A program made the translations under genes and the position numbers. This document shows positions 1 through 9,186 of a stretch of DNA of 64,000 nt, one piece after another (positions within the stretch are counted from its first letter, which is position 1; each line of letters starts with the position of its first letter). This stretch comes from Candidatus Thioglobus sp. (lineage in GTDB: Bacteria > Pseudomonadota > Gammaproteobacteria > PS1 > Pseudothioglobaceae), in contig JAPYSK010000001.1 in the NCBI GenBank assembly GCA_029936515.1, positions 14,079 to 78,078 on the forward strand, written 5' to 3'. The notes under the pieces were generated by a model that did no database searches, had not been told where the DNA came from, and was given only the letters and a program-made list of their open reading frames with translations.

Positions 1-218
1 ATATCAAATCCAAAAAAGTTGATAGTGCCAAAGCTAAAGCTTGCATTAAAAAACATCCAATCCAGTAATGGAGGAATCATTAAGTAAAGAAAATACAATG
101 AAGTTGCTGTAAGGACAGTATTAATCCAGGATGAGAAGAGATTTGTCCTTAACCACAGTATTGCTCCAATTTGAGATATTGGCGGCTTTCTGGTTGCTTG
201 TTGGTCGTATACTGACAT
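1..218 (-). CDS. aapM: Amino acid ABC transporter permease AapM/BztC, N-terminal part (runs off window start)
   Basis: Manual translation from ATG at 218: MSVYDQQATRKPPISQIGAILWLRTNLFSSWINTVLT..., with the WLRxNLFSSWxNTxLT motif; starts 2 nt after the aapQ stop. Confidence 0.8.
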   Translation of the reverse strand, partial: MSVYDQQATRKPPISQIGAILWLRTNLFSSWINTVLTATSLYFLYLMIPPLLDWMFFNASFSFGTINFFGFD

Positions 219-220
219 AA

Positions 221-1441
221 TTATCGCCCTTGAATAGCCATCTTTTTATTGACATAATTGAGCAATAAAGAAATAAACAGTGAGATTACTAGATAAACCA
301 ACATTGCCATTCCAAGAATTTCAACTGCTTGTCCTACCTGGTTTAGGACAGTACCTCCAAATGTACTCATTAGCTCTGGGTAGCCAATTACTGTAGCTAA
401 TGAAGAGTTTTTTGTTAAGTTAAGGTATTGATTAATGGTTGGTGGAATTGCTACTCTCAATGCTTGAGGCAAAACAATAAGTTTAAGAGATTGTATTTGA
501 GTTAAGCCAATTGCAGCAGCAGCTTCTTTTTGGCCTTTATCAACTGCCTCTATTCCAGACCTTATAGCTTCAGCAATATAAGTTGCAGTGTAGACGCTCA
601 AAGCAAAAGTTAATGCTAAAAATTCTGGAACAACAGCCATACCCCCTTTCAGATTAAATTTACCTAGAATTGCATAGTCAAATTGAAGTGGTGAGCCAAA
701 CAATAAATAAACAATAATTGGTAGTCCAATAATTAATGTAGCAGTATATAGCCATGTGCTTGTATGAATGCCTGTCAGCTCATGTTTCTTTTTATAGAAC
801 TTCTTAATAAAATAAGCAGCAATGATTCCAATAATAAATGCTATACCTACAAATAAAAAACCTTCTTCAGGTATAGGCTTTGGAAGATATAGTCCTCTCT
901 GATTAAGGAAAGCAAGATCAAAAAATGAAAAGCTTTGCTTTGGATGCGGGAAAACGTTGATAAATAAGTTGTACCAAAATAGAATTTGTAAAAGAATAGG
1001 AATATTCCTAAAGAGTTCAATATATCCACCTGCTAATTTTGAAATCAGGTAATTATTAGAAAGTCTAGCAATACCTATTAAGAGACCTATTAATGTCGAC
1101 AATATTATGCCAATAAAGGCAACAACTAGAGTGTTAATGAGTCCTACATAAAAAACACTTAAATTTGGGGACTCTGGGGTGTAGTCAACTACATAGTTTC
1201 CAAGAAAAGGCAAGATATCAAAGCCAGCCCTATTTTTTAGAAAAGAAAAGCCTGTATGTATTCCTCTTGCTTCAATATTTTCAAATAGGTTGCCAATTGC
1301 TGTATAAAAAAGTCCTATTACAATTAATAAAGTAGCGATTTGAAAGAAAAAAGCTCTCGCTTCATTGTTATAGAGTAGATTGCGAAAGTTAAATCCTCTG
1401 TGCTGAGACTGGCCTAAGGAATCAAGGATAATTTTTTTCAT
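221..1441 (-). CDS. aapQ: General L-amino acid ABC transporter permease AapQ/BztB
   Basis: 406 aa polytopic membrane protein; FRNIPILLQI, YTATYIAEAIRSGIEAV (EAA loop), NQYLNLTKNSSLA. Confidence 0.9.
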   Translation of the reverse strand: MKKIILDSLGQSQHRGFNFRNLLYNNEARAFFFQIATLLIVIGLFYTAIGNLFENIEARGIHTGFSFLKNRAGFDILPFLGNYVVDYTPESPNLSVFYVGLINTLVVAFIGIILSTLIGLLIGIARLSNNYLISKLAGGYIELFRNIPILLQILFWYNLFINVFPHPKQSFSFFDLAFLNQRGLYLPKPIPEEGFLFVGIAFIIGIIAAYFIKKFYKKKHELTGIHTSTWLYTATLIIGLPIIVYLLFGSPLQFDYAILGKFNLKGGMAVVPEFLALTFALSVYTATYIAEAIRSGIEAVDKGQKEAAAAIGLTQIQSLKLIVLPQALRVAIPPTINQYLNLTKNSSLATVIGYPELMSTFGGTVLNQVGQAVEILGMAMLVYLVISLFISLLLNYVNKKMAIQGR

Positions 1442-1511
1442 TTAAGGTCTTTAAATTTGAATATGAATATTTTAATGAATATAGAGTCTAAGAGTCTGAA
1501 AAAACAAAAAA

Positions 1512-1544
1512 AAACCAGCCTGATAAAGTATATCAGGCTGGTTT
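1512..1544 (-). terminator. Intrinsic terminator/stabilising hairpin between aapJ and aapQ
   Basis: Perfect 14-bp inverted repeat AAACCAGCCTGATA/TATCAGGCTGGTTT with a 5-nt loop, followed by a T-run on the minus strand. Confidence 0.85.
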
Positions 1545-1565
1545 AGGTTTTAACTAGATAATTGC

Positions 1566-2573
1566 TTATCTAAATGGAGCTGAGTATAGAATACCACCAT
1601 CTGACCATAGTGCGTTAACACCACGAGCAATACCAATTGGAGTGTTTAATCCAATATTGCGCTCAAAGCTTTCAGAGTAGTTACCTACCTGCTTAATGAT
1701 CTGGTAAGTCCAGTCTGAATTCAAACCAACATACTCATGAGTGCTTCCAGAACGACCCATTAAGCGCTCACGCTCAGGGTTATTAGAAACATCATCAACA
1801 GTTGCACTAGTAACACCAATCTCTTCAGCAGTAATCATAGCGTTAAGAGACCACCTTACGATGTTAAACCATGCATCGTCACCTTGACGAACAACAGGAC
1901 CTAGAGGCTCTTTAGAAATGATTTCTGGCAATACAACGTGCTCAGAAGGATCGTTAGAACCTGCACGCATTGAATATAATCCAGATGCATCAGTTGTAAG
2001 AACGTCACAACGGCCAGCTTCATAGTTAGATAGAGTTTGAGCATTCGTATCAGAAACAACAGAGTTGTAGTCGATTCCGTTTGATTTACCCCAGTCAGCT
2101 AAGTTTAACTCAGTAGTTGTACCAGCCTGAATACAAACAGCCGCACCACCTAACTCCAGAGCGCTAGAAATACCTAGAGAAGACTTAACCATAAAGCCTT
2201 GTCCGTCATAGTAGTTAACACCAGCAAAGTTAAGACCTAGTGAAGCGTCACGAGTTATTGTCCAAGTAGTGTTTCTAGACAACATATCGATTTCACCAGA
2301 TTGAAGTGCAGTGAATCTTTCTTTAGCAGTTAATGGTACAAACTTAACTTTAGTTGCATCGCCAAGTGTTGCAGCAGCAACAGCACGACAAACGTCAACG
2401 TCAATACCAGTCCATGTGCCAGAAGAGTCAGCAGAAGAGAATCCAGCTAGACCTTTAGATACACCACAAGATAGGTGACCTTTTGCCTGAACATCGCTCA
2501 AAGTAGAAGCCTGTACACCAAGTGCACCGACAACTAATAATGAAGCAGCAGACAATTTTAGTAATTGTTTCAT
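1566..2573 (-). CDS. aapJ: Amino acid ABC transporter periplasmic binding protein AapJ/BztA
   Basis: Signal peptide; GIDVDVCRAVAAA, RFTALQSGEIDMLSRNTTWT, ISKEPLGPVVRQGD. Start moved to ATG 2573, which has an AAGGAG RBS. Confidence 0.92.
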   Translation of the reverse strand: MKQLLKLSAASLLVVGALGVQASTLSDVQAKGHLSCGVSKGLAGFSSADSSGTWTGIDVDVCRAVAAATLGDATKVKFVPLTAKERFTALQSGEIDMLSRNTTWTITRDASLGLNFAGVNYYDGQGFMVKSSLGISSALELGGAAVCIQAGTTTELNLADWGKSNGIDYNSVVSDTNAQTLSNYEAGRCDVLTTDASGLYSMRAGSNDPSEHVVLPEIISKEPLGPVVRQGDDAWFNIVRWSLNAMITAEEIGVTSATVDDVSNNPERERLMGRSGSTHEYVGLNSDWTYQIIKQVGNYSESFERNIGLNTPIGIARGVNALWSDGGILYSAPFR

Positions 2574-2914
2574 ATATATCTCCTTAATAAGTTTCAAAGT
2601 ATAACAATCCTCTTCAATTAAATGAGGATTACAGAAATTTTATCACTACTTTGGTGACTTAATGCTTATATTTAAATAAAAATAGAAATCAATTCACCCT
2701 TCTCACACTTATTAAATACAGTTATTTATATAAAAATAGAGTAGTTTGAACTGTTTTTTTTGGATAAATAAAATTGAATTAAATTCAACTGATGTAGTTC
2801 ATCCTTGTTTAGATATTTAGATTAATTTACTCCATAAAACAAGATCAGAAGATTAATTTTCCAAAAAAATAAATTTATAAAAAAACAATATAAATCAATA
2901 ACTTATCATTTTAA

Positions 2915-2995
2915 TAGTTATTAATTACCTCTATTTTTATTAATGGTATAAAATAACTATAGTTATTAATTACCTATAGTGGTATAAAATAACTA
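2915..2995. promoter_or_regulatory. Array of direct and inverted 16-bp repeats (candidate operator) upstream of HTH-nadE
   Basis: TAGTTATTAATTACCT at 2915 and 2960; TGGTATAAAATAACTA at 2944 and 2980; perfect palindrome AATAACTATAGTTATT at 2952-2967. Confidence 0.7.
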
Positions 2996-3018
2996 ATATA
3001 TACTTAAATTAACAATAT

Positions 3019-4896
3019 ATGATGAATAAGAAAACAACTGAATACCTTGTTCTAGTGCGCCAAAAAACGGGTTTTTCTGACTATAAAATTGCTCAAAAAT
3101 ATGATATTAATCAATCAAATCTAAGTAAATATAGCTCCGGTAAGGCCGCTTTAAGTGAAACACATGCTTGGTTATTCGCTAATATCCTTGATATTGACCC
3201 AGCTGAAGTAGTCGCTAATACTAAATACGAGCACGCAATTAATACAGGGAATAATACGAAGGCTATATTTTGGCAAGAACAGCTTAATAAGATATTTTCT
3301 GATATAGAGCCTATCAAAATTCAAATAGCTCAATTTAATGCTATTGTTGGTGATATTGAATCAAATGCACAAAAAATGTTAAATTTGATTCATGGTGCTG
3401 CAGATTTAGGAGCACATTTAATAGTATTTCCTGAATTAGCGCTGACTGGGTATCCTCCTGAGGATCTTTTGTTTCGTGACGGATTTATAAACCAAGTTAA
3501 TGAACAGATTGATTTTCTTTGTAAATCAGTGCCTTCTTCTATTAGCGTTTTGTTTGGAGCACCAAACAAAACTAATGAGTCTCTTTTTAATAGTGCTTAC
3601 TGTATTCAAAAAAATCAAATTATTCACATTTACAATAAACAGGAACTTCCTAATTACGGTGTTTTTGATGAAAAACGTTATTTCTCACCTGGTGATGAAT
3701 CTTTTGTATTTGAGTGTCAGAAAACTAAAATTGGTGTTTTAATTTGTGAAGATCAATGGGTTGAATGGCCTATTTCTAAACTTTGTCAATACAATGTTGA
3801 TATAGTTATATCGATTAATGCATCACCTTTTCAATCTGAAAAACATAATGAGCGATTAGAGATATGCAAGAATTACGCCTCAACATTCGATATTTCGTTT
3901 ATTTACGTCAATATGGTTGGCGGACAAGACGAAGTAGTTTTTGACGGAAACTCTTTTGTAGTTAACGAAAATGGGGAGATTACCCTTCAACTGCCTGAGT
4001 TTGAAGAACTTAATTGTCTTCATACTAACTCTATTGAAGCACTGGAATCACCTAGTGAAGAGAAATCTATTTACTCTGCACTAGTCTTAGCTACACGTGA
4101 TTACATTCAAAAAAACTCTTTTAATGGCGCCCTAATTGGTTTATCAGGTGGAATTGATTCTGCTTTAACGCTTGCAGTAGCAGTGGATGCAATTGGCGCT
4201 GATAATGTTCATGCAGTGATGATGCCCTATGAATTTACATCTAATATGAGTCTTGAAGATTCTAAATTACAAGCTCAAAGCCAAGGAGTACAATTTTCAA
4301 GTATTGATATTCATACTATGGTCGATTCTTTCAATTTATCATTAAAAGACCTTTTTGTGAATACCTCTTTGGATTCAACTGAAGAAAACATTCAAGCCAG
4401 AGTTAGAGGAACATTACTTATGGCGTTATCTAATAAATATCATAAAATTGTCTTAGCAACAGGAAATAAGTCTGAAATGGCTGTAGGTTATGCCACACTG
4501 TACGGTGATATGTGTGGAGGGTTTGCGCCACTTAAGGATATTTCGAAAACTATGGTATATAAGCTTTCGAACTATAGAAACTCAATATCAAAAGTTATTC
4601 CAGAGCGTGTTATTACGCGCCCTCCTTCTGCAGAACTGGCACCTAATCAAGTTGATCAAGATACGCTGCCTTCTTACGATGTTTTGGATGATATTTTGAC
4701 ACGATTTGTTGAAATGAAACAATCTGTTAGCAAAATTACTGAGCAAGGCCATAATTTTGAAGTTGTTAACAAAGTAACTTCAATGATTCTTAAAAATGAA
4801 TACAAGAGGCGTCAGTCAGCTCCGGGACCAAAAGTAAGTAGCAATGCTTTCGGCAAGGAAAGGAGATACCCTATGACATCAAAGTTTTTGCCTTAA
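3019..4896 (+). CDS. nadE: Glutamine-dependent NAD+ synthetase with an N-terminal XRE/phage-repressor-like HTH domain
   Basis: Nitrilase-fold glutaminase (FPELALTGYPPEDL, YNKQELPNYGVFDEKRYF, ICED); synthetase motifs GLSGGIDS, ENIQARVRG, ATGNKSE, GYATLYGD; extra ~95 aa with HTH pattern SDYKIAQKYDINQSNLSKYSSGK. Confidence 0.93.
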   Translation: MMNKKTTEYLVLVRQKTGFSDYKIAQKYDINQSNLSKYSSGKAALSETHAWLFANILDIDPAEVVANTKYEHAINTGNNTKAIFWQEQLNKIFSDIEPIKIQIAQFNAIVGDIESNAQKMLNLIHGAADLGAHLIVFPELALTGYPPEDLLFRDGFINQVNEQIDFLCKSVPSSISVLFGAPNKTNESLFNSAYCIQKNQIIHIYNKQELPNYGVFDEKRYFSPGDESFVFECQKTKIGVLICEDQWVEWPISKLCQYNVDIVISINASPFQSEKHNERLEICKNYASTFDISFIYVNMVGGQDEVVFDGNSFVVNENGEITLQLPEFEELNCLHTNSIEALESPSEEKSIYSALVLATRDYIQKNSFNGALIGLSGGIDSALTLAVAVDAIGADNVHAVMMPYEFTSNMSLEDSKLQAQSQGVQFSSIDIHTMVDSFNLSLKDLFVNTSLDSTEENIQARVRGTLLMALSNKYHKIVLATGNKSEMAVGYATLYGDMCGGFAPLKDISKTMVYKLSNYRNSISKVIPERVITRPPSAELAPNQVDQDTLPSYDVLDDILTRFVEMKQSVSKITEQGHNFEVVNKVTSMILKNEYKRRQSAPGPKVSSNAFGKERRYPMTSKFLP

Positions 4897-4900
4897 AGAT

Positions 4901-6193
4901 TTAATTACTAAACACTTTAACTAATCCAGCAGCTTTATGCTTAGTTTCAGCTAGTTCTTTGTCTGGTATTGAGTCGTATACAATTCCGGCACCTGCCCGA
5001 AAAGTTAATGTATTTTCCTGATGAATAAAGCTACGAATGAGGATGTTAAAGTCCATTTTTCCATTTTGGCTTAAATACCCTACTGATCCTGTATATGCTG
5101 ACCTTGGCATCTGTTCTAGTTCGCTAATTATTTGCATACAGCGTACCTTGGGACAGCCAGTGATTGTTCCTCCAGGAAAGAGAGCTCTAACAATTTCACT
5201 TACACCTACATTTTTTCTTAGTTTACCTTTGATATTTGACACTATATGATGCACATAAGGATAAGTTTCTAGTGTCATAACCTCGTTAACAAAGACACTG
5301 CCATATTCACATACCCTGCCCATATCATTTCTTTCCAGATCAAGAAGCATTACATGTTCAGCTATTTCTTTTGGATGACTTATTAGATTCTCCTTTTGAG
5401 TGTCATCTTCAGAGCCTTTTCCTCGAGGATGTGTGCCCGCAATAGGTCTTGTTTGTAAGACGCCATCATTGACACTAAAAAGCCTTTCTGGAGAAGATGA
5501 AATTATGCTGAAATTTTCATACTGAATTAGCGCGGAAAAAGGAGCTGGATTAGCATTTTTTAAGGCGGAATAGATTATTGTTGAATTTATTTTTTCACTA
5601 AGTTTATATTGCCATTGTCTCGATAGGTTGACCTGAAAAACGTCACCCGAAACAATATAATCTAAGCAGGCCTTTACTCCATCGGTAAATTTTTCTTGGT
5701 TTTCTTCTGATAACTTTCCTTTTATGGATTTTTCAGGTATCGGTTTGGTAAGTTTAATATCTGATAATATTAAATTAATGCGATCTTCATTGTCATCTTG
5801 ATCAATAAGATATGTCTTATCTAGCTGATGATCGATAATGATAGCAGAGGGTATTTTTACTGCATAAGCAATTGGAAGATTAGATCTATAAACCTCGTAA
5901 GATAAGGAGGGCTCAATTTGTTCTATTAATTCATACGAGAGATAGACAAACCACCCACCAATAAACGGCAGATCAGAATTTAAATTATTTGGTTTAAGTT
6001 GATTTTTAAGCTCATTTAAAAAATCAAAGTCAGAAAAGCTATTAAGAATAATACTTTCACCAGGAAAAGCAAACAATATAGAGTATCTATTGAAGTCGTT
6101 ATGATTTACACTTTCAAGTAAAAAAGGATATCTCTCACTATTTAGATAACAAAAAGAAGCTAAATCAACTTTTTGTATTTCTAGAATTTTCAC
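4901..6193 (-). CDS. pabB: Aminodeoxychorismate synthase component I (chorismate-binding PabB/TrpE family)
   Basis: GDVFQVNLSR, TRPIAGTHPRG, EHVMLLDLERNDMGRVC, FPGGTITGCPKVR, RAGAGIVYDS; the PGGTITG variant and short length fit PabB-like better than TrpE. Confidence 0.75.
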   Translation of the reverse strand: MKILEIQKVDLASFCYLNSERYPFLLESVNHNDFNRYSILFAFPGESIILNSFSDFDFLNELKNQLKPNNLNSDLPFIGGWFVYLSYELIEQIEPSLSYEVYRSNLPIAYAVKIPSAIIIDHQLDKTYLIDQDDNEDRINLILSDIKLTKPIPEKSIKGKLSEENQEKFTDGVKACLDYIVSGDVFQVNLSRQWQYKLSEKINSTIIYSALKNANPAPFSALIQYENFSIISSSPERLFSVNDGVLQTRPIAGTHPRGKGSEDDTQKENLISHPKEIAEHVMLLDLERNDMGRVCEYGSVFVNEVMTLETYPYVHHIVSNIKGKLRKNVGVSEIVRALFPGGTITGCPKVRCMQIISELEQMPRSAYTGSVGYLSQNGKMDFNILIRSFIHQENTLTFRAGAGIVYDSIPDKELAETKHKAAGLVKVFSN

Positions 6194-6197
6194 TTAT

Positions 6198-6851
6198 TTA
6201 AAGATCTTCTAGTAATTGAATAGCTTTTTTAATTAGAGTATGTTCTGGATACTCTTCAATCATCTTTGATAATAATAGTTTTGCTTCATTAATTTCTTTA
6301 AACTCAATAAGGACTTGTGACAATTCATATAAAGAGTCAGCATATTTTGGGTGATTGGTGTGACTAGATTGAAAGTCTAGATAGGATTTTTTAGAATCTA
6401 TGTATGCTTCACTTCGAGAGTAAGCCCTGCCGAGCCATAATTTTGAATCTGCTACGTTTTCTAAGTCTGGAAAATTCTCCAAGTAGCTTATGAATAACTC
6501 TATAGCTTTTTTATAGTCTCCAAGTACAAATTGACTTTTTCCATCAGAATATAGTTTGAATGCATTTTTTTCTATATCTGTTTTAAGTATTGCTTCTTCT
6601 TTTTTGTTTTCAATAGAGTTTAATTCGATTATTTCAAACAATTTAGCTATTTTTTCAGAATTTAGCCTTTGTGCCTCCTTAAGAAGTTCATTCTCTTCTT
6701 TTAGAGATAAAATCTCGTTATTGAGGGATTTGACTTCTTTATTAATTTTAAAGAATGCCATTTCAAAGTCGAAACCTTCATCTGCATTTATTTCAAGCAC
6801 AGTAAACATGCAGAATATTGATAAAATAAATTTAAGCAGAGTCTTTTTCAT
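6198..6851 (-). CDS. cpoB: Tol-Pal TPR protein CpoB (YbgF)
   Basis: Signal peptide, coiled coil, TPR repeats (YKKAIELFISYLENFP, LWLGRAY, HPKYADSLYEL); directly downstream of pal. Confidence 0.85.
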   Translation of the reverse strand: MKKTLLKFILSIFCMFTVLEINADEGFDFEMAFFKINKEVKSLNNEILSLKEENELLKEAQRLNSEKIAKLFEIIELNSIENKKEEAILKTDIEKNAFKLYSDGKSQFVLGDYKKAIELFISYLENFPDLENVADSKLWLGRAYSRSEAYIDSKKSYLDFQSSHTNHPKYADSLYELSQVLIEFKEINEAKLLLSKMIEEYPEHTLIKKAIQLLEDL

Positions 6852-6899
6852 CAGACGAAACAGCTTATTAATAAAAAAAGAATTTAACGCAATTTATCT

Positions 6900-7892
6900 C
6901 TAGTAATAAGAGAATTCTACTCGACGATTCTTTTCCCAGGCTTCTTCGTTGCTACCAGTTAAGATAGGTTGTTCTTCTCCATAACTTACTACTACAATCC
7001 TATCTTCAAGATTGTAAAGCCCTAAAACTTCTTTAACGTTAAGTGCGCGATTTTCACCAAGTGCTAGATTATATTCACGAGTACCCCTTTCATCTGCGTG
7101 TCCCTCTAATCGAAGGTTAAAAGATGGGTTGCTTTGCATAAAATTAGCATGTTCAATAATTATTCTGGTTGCTACCTCGTTTATTTCAGAGTCGTCATAA
7201 GAAAAATAAAGAGTGGACGTAATTCCAGCATTCTCAAGTAGCAAAGCAGCTAACTTAGTTTCCTCAGCACCCTCTCGTAGGGCTTCTATGACTTCATCTT
7301 TATTTTGAATATTACCGTCTTCGTCTAAAATTATTAGATTATCTGTTAGTGCTTCAACCACTTCATTTCTATTTTGAAGGTTACCATCAGCATCTAGAAC
7401 TAAAGTATCTTCCATACCTTTTTCTTTTGCTATCTCGATTAACTCATCGTTAGATAACGACTTAAGTTCTCCTGAAACTACAACACTATCCATTCCTTTC
7501 TCTTCAGCTCTTTCAATTAGAGCATCGTTTGATAATGATTGAAGTTCCTGAGTGGCATTGTCTAATAAAGCTTCAGCTTCAAGGAGCGCCTTTATTATTT
7601 CATCTCTGTTCTGAAGATTTCCATCAGCGTCAATCTTTAGCATGTCTTCCAAGCCTTTTTCTTTAGCAATTTCAATAAGCTCATCATTACTCAAAACTTC
7701 TAACTCTTCAAATGTAAAGCCATCACTATCATCGTACGCAACAAAAATTTCCTCACTTAGGTCAGTGACCTCTGTTGGGGTATCAGATGGGTTAATTAGA
7801 TCTAGAAACTTATCACCTAGTTCAGAAATGCTTGTAGCAGCACAAGAACTTAAAAAAATTACACTTGATAGTAATAGAATTTTTTTTGACAT
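6900..7892 (-). CDS. pal: Peptidoglycan-associated lipoprotein Pal with a long internal acidic repeat insertion
   Basis: Lipobox LSSC; C-terminal OmpA-like domain EGHADERGTREYNLALGENRA, SYGEEQP, KNRRVE. Start moved to ATG 7892 (AAGGA RBS, after the tolB stop). Confidence 0.9.
   Translation of the reverse strand: MSKKILLLSSVIFLSSCAATSISELGDKFLDLINPSDTPTEVTDLSEEIFVAYDDSDGFTFEELEVLSNDELIEIAKEKGLEDMLKIDADGNLQNRDEIIKALLEAEALLDNATQELQSLSNDALIERAEEKGMDSVVVSGELKSLSNDELIEIAKEKGMEDTLVLDADGNLQNRNEVVEALTDNLIILDEDGNIQNKDEVIEALREGAEETKLAALLLENAGITSTLYFSYDDSEINEVATRIIIEHANFMQSNPSFNLRLEGHADERGTREYNLALGENRALNVKEVLGLYNLEDRIVVVSYGEEQPILTGSNEEAWEKNRRVEFSYY
7272..7706 (-). repeat. Intragenic modular repeats in pal (LSNDELIEIAKEKG x3, LDADGNLQNRDEVIEAL x3)
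   Basis: Visible in the translation, approximately residues 87-231 of the ORF-track protein. Confidence 0.9.
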
Positions 7893-7902
7893 TTTAATTT
7901 CC

Positions 7903-9186
7903 TTAATTAGAATAATTTGACCAACTTGGTTCTCTGACTTCGCCTTCTTTTTGCATAAGTTCAACAGTCTGATTGTTATGAAGAGAAATTATAGACAATA
8001 TTCCCTTGTTGTCTCGGTTAGTTGAATAAATAATCATACCACCATTTGGAGAAAAATATGGTGACTCATCTGATTTATTTTGGGTTAATATTGTTAAATC
8101 TCTTGAAGCTATATCAAGCAAAGCTAGCCTATAATCTTTGCCAACACGATGAATTAATGCAAGATCTTTGCCATCAGGAGAGTACGCAGGTTTTGCATTG
8201 TAACGACCTTCAAAGGTTGCACGAGAAATTTTTCCTGATTTGAGGTTTTTGATATACACTTGAACCTGCCCTGTTCTATTAGAGGTAAAGGCGATGCTTT
8301 TGCCATCTGGTGAAAAATTAGCTTCAGTATCAATTGCAATATTTGTAGTCAATCTTTTGAGTTTTTGAGATTCAAAATTATATAAGTAAATATCTTTATT
8401 TCCATTTTTAGAAAGAGTTAACGCAATATTTTTACCATCTGGATGCCATGATGGAGAAGAAGCGATACCATCAAATTTAGGTAATTTTTGTGGTAATGTT
8501 TCTTGAAAAACATATTTAACAAAAACATCAGATCGATTGTTCTTAAAAGAAACATAAGCTATTTTTCTTTGATCAGCTGACCATGCTGGAGACAGAATTG
8601 GATAAAGAGATTTAATAATTGTTTGTTCATTTTTTCCATCCCAGTCAGAAATTTTAAGACGATATGTTCGTTTACCATTATTTTTTTTATTACTCACAGT
8701 AACAAATGATAATCTCGTATTAAAAGAACCTTTTTGACCTAGGAGGGCATAATAAATAACATCACTTAAAGCATGAGCAGTTTTTCGAAGAGCTCCATTT
8801 GTAAATGCTAATTTATTCACATAAAGAGGTTTTTGAGTTAATACATCATAAATATAAATTTCTGCATGGTTAACATTAGAACTAATTTGTCGAATCTTTC
8901 CAAAAACAATAGCATCTTTTTTATGTTTTAGATAAAAATCAAAGTCAATTGGACCGGTAGTTAGTTGATTTGTGCTTTTAGCATCAAATTGGCCTGATCT
9001 ATTTAAGTTTTCTCTTATAATTTTTGCTAGATCAACATCCTCTTGAAAGTTGCCAATCATTTCAAAAGGGGCTATAACTATAGGAAACGAATCTTCTTTA
9101 GATTTAATAATGTTAACTTCTAAAAGTGCATTAGCAGAGAAAGAGGCTAGGATGCCAAACAATATAAAAAACTTAATGTATTTCAT
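7903..9186 (-). CDS. tolB: Tol-Pal system protein TolB
   Basis: Signal peptide; beta-propeller repeats SPAWSADQRKIAYVSF, SSPSWHPDG, EANFSPDG, PAYSPDG, SPYFSPNG; directly upstream of pal. Confidence 0.93.
   Translation of the reverse strand: MKYIKFFILFGILASFSANALLEVNIIKSKEDSFPIVIAPFEMIGNFQEDVDLAKIIRENLNRSGQFDAKSTNQLTTGPIDFDFYLKHKKDAIVFGKIRQISSNVNHAEIYIYDVLTQKPLYVNKLAFTNGALRKTAHALSDVIYYALLGQKGSFNTRLSFVTVSNKKNNGKRTYRLKISDWDGKNEQTIIKSLYPILSPAWSADQRKIAYVSFKNNRSDVFVKYVFQETLPQKLPKFDGIASSPSWHPDGKNIALTLSKNGNKDIYLYNFESQKLKRLTTNIAIDTEANFSPDGKSIAFTSNRTGQVQVYIKNLKSGKISRATFEGRYNAKPAYSPDGKDLALIHRVGKDYRLALLDIASRDLTILTQNKSDESPYFSPNGGMIIYSTNRDNKGILSIISLHNNQTVELMQKEGEVREPSWSNYSN

Noticed and set aside
2915-2995. 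Repeat array as a mini-CRISPR or iteron origin
   Set aside because: Only two copies per unit, spacers of 13, 0 and 4 bp, no cas or rep genes; an operator fits better
2598-3300. Intact filamentous prophage at nadE
   Set aside because: No Zot/pI, Rep, coat genes or dif-like site seen; only the repressor-like domain
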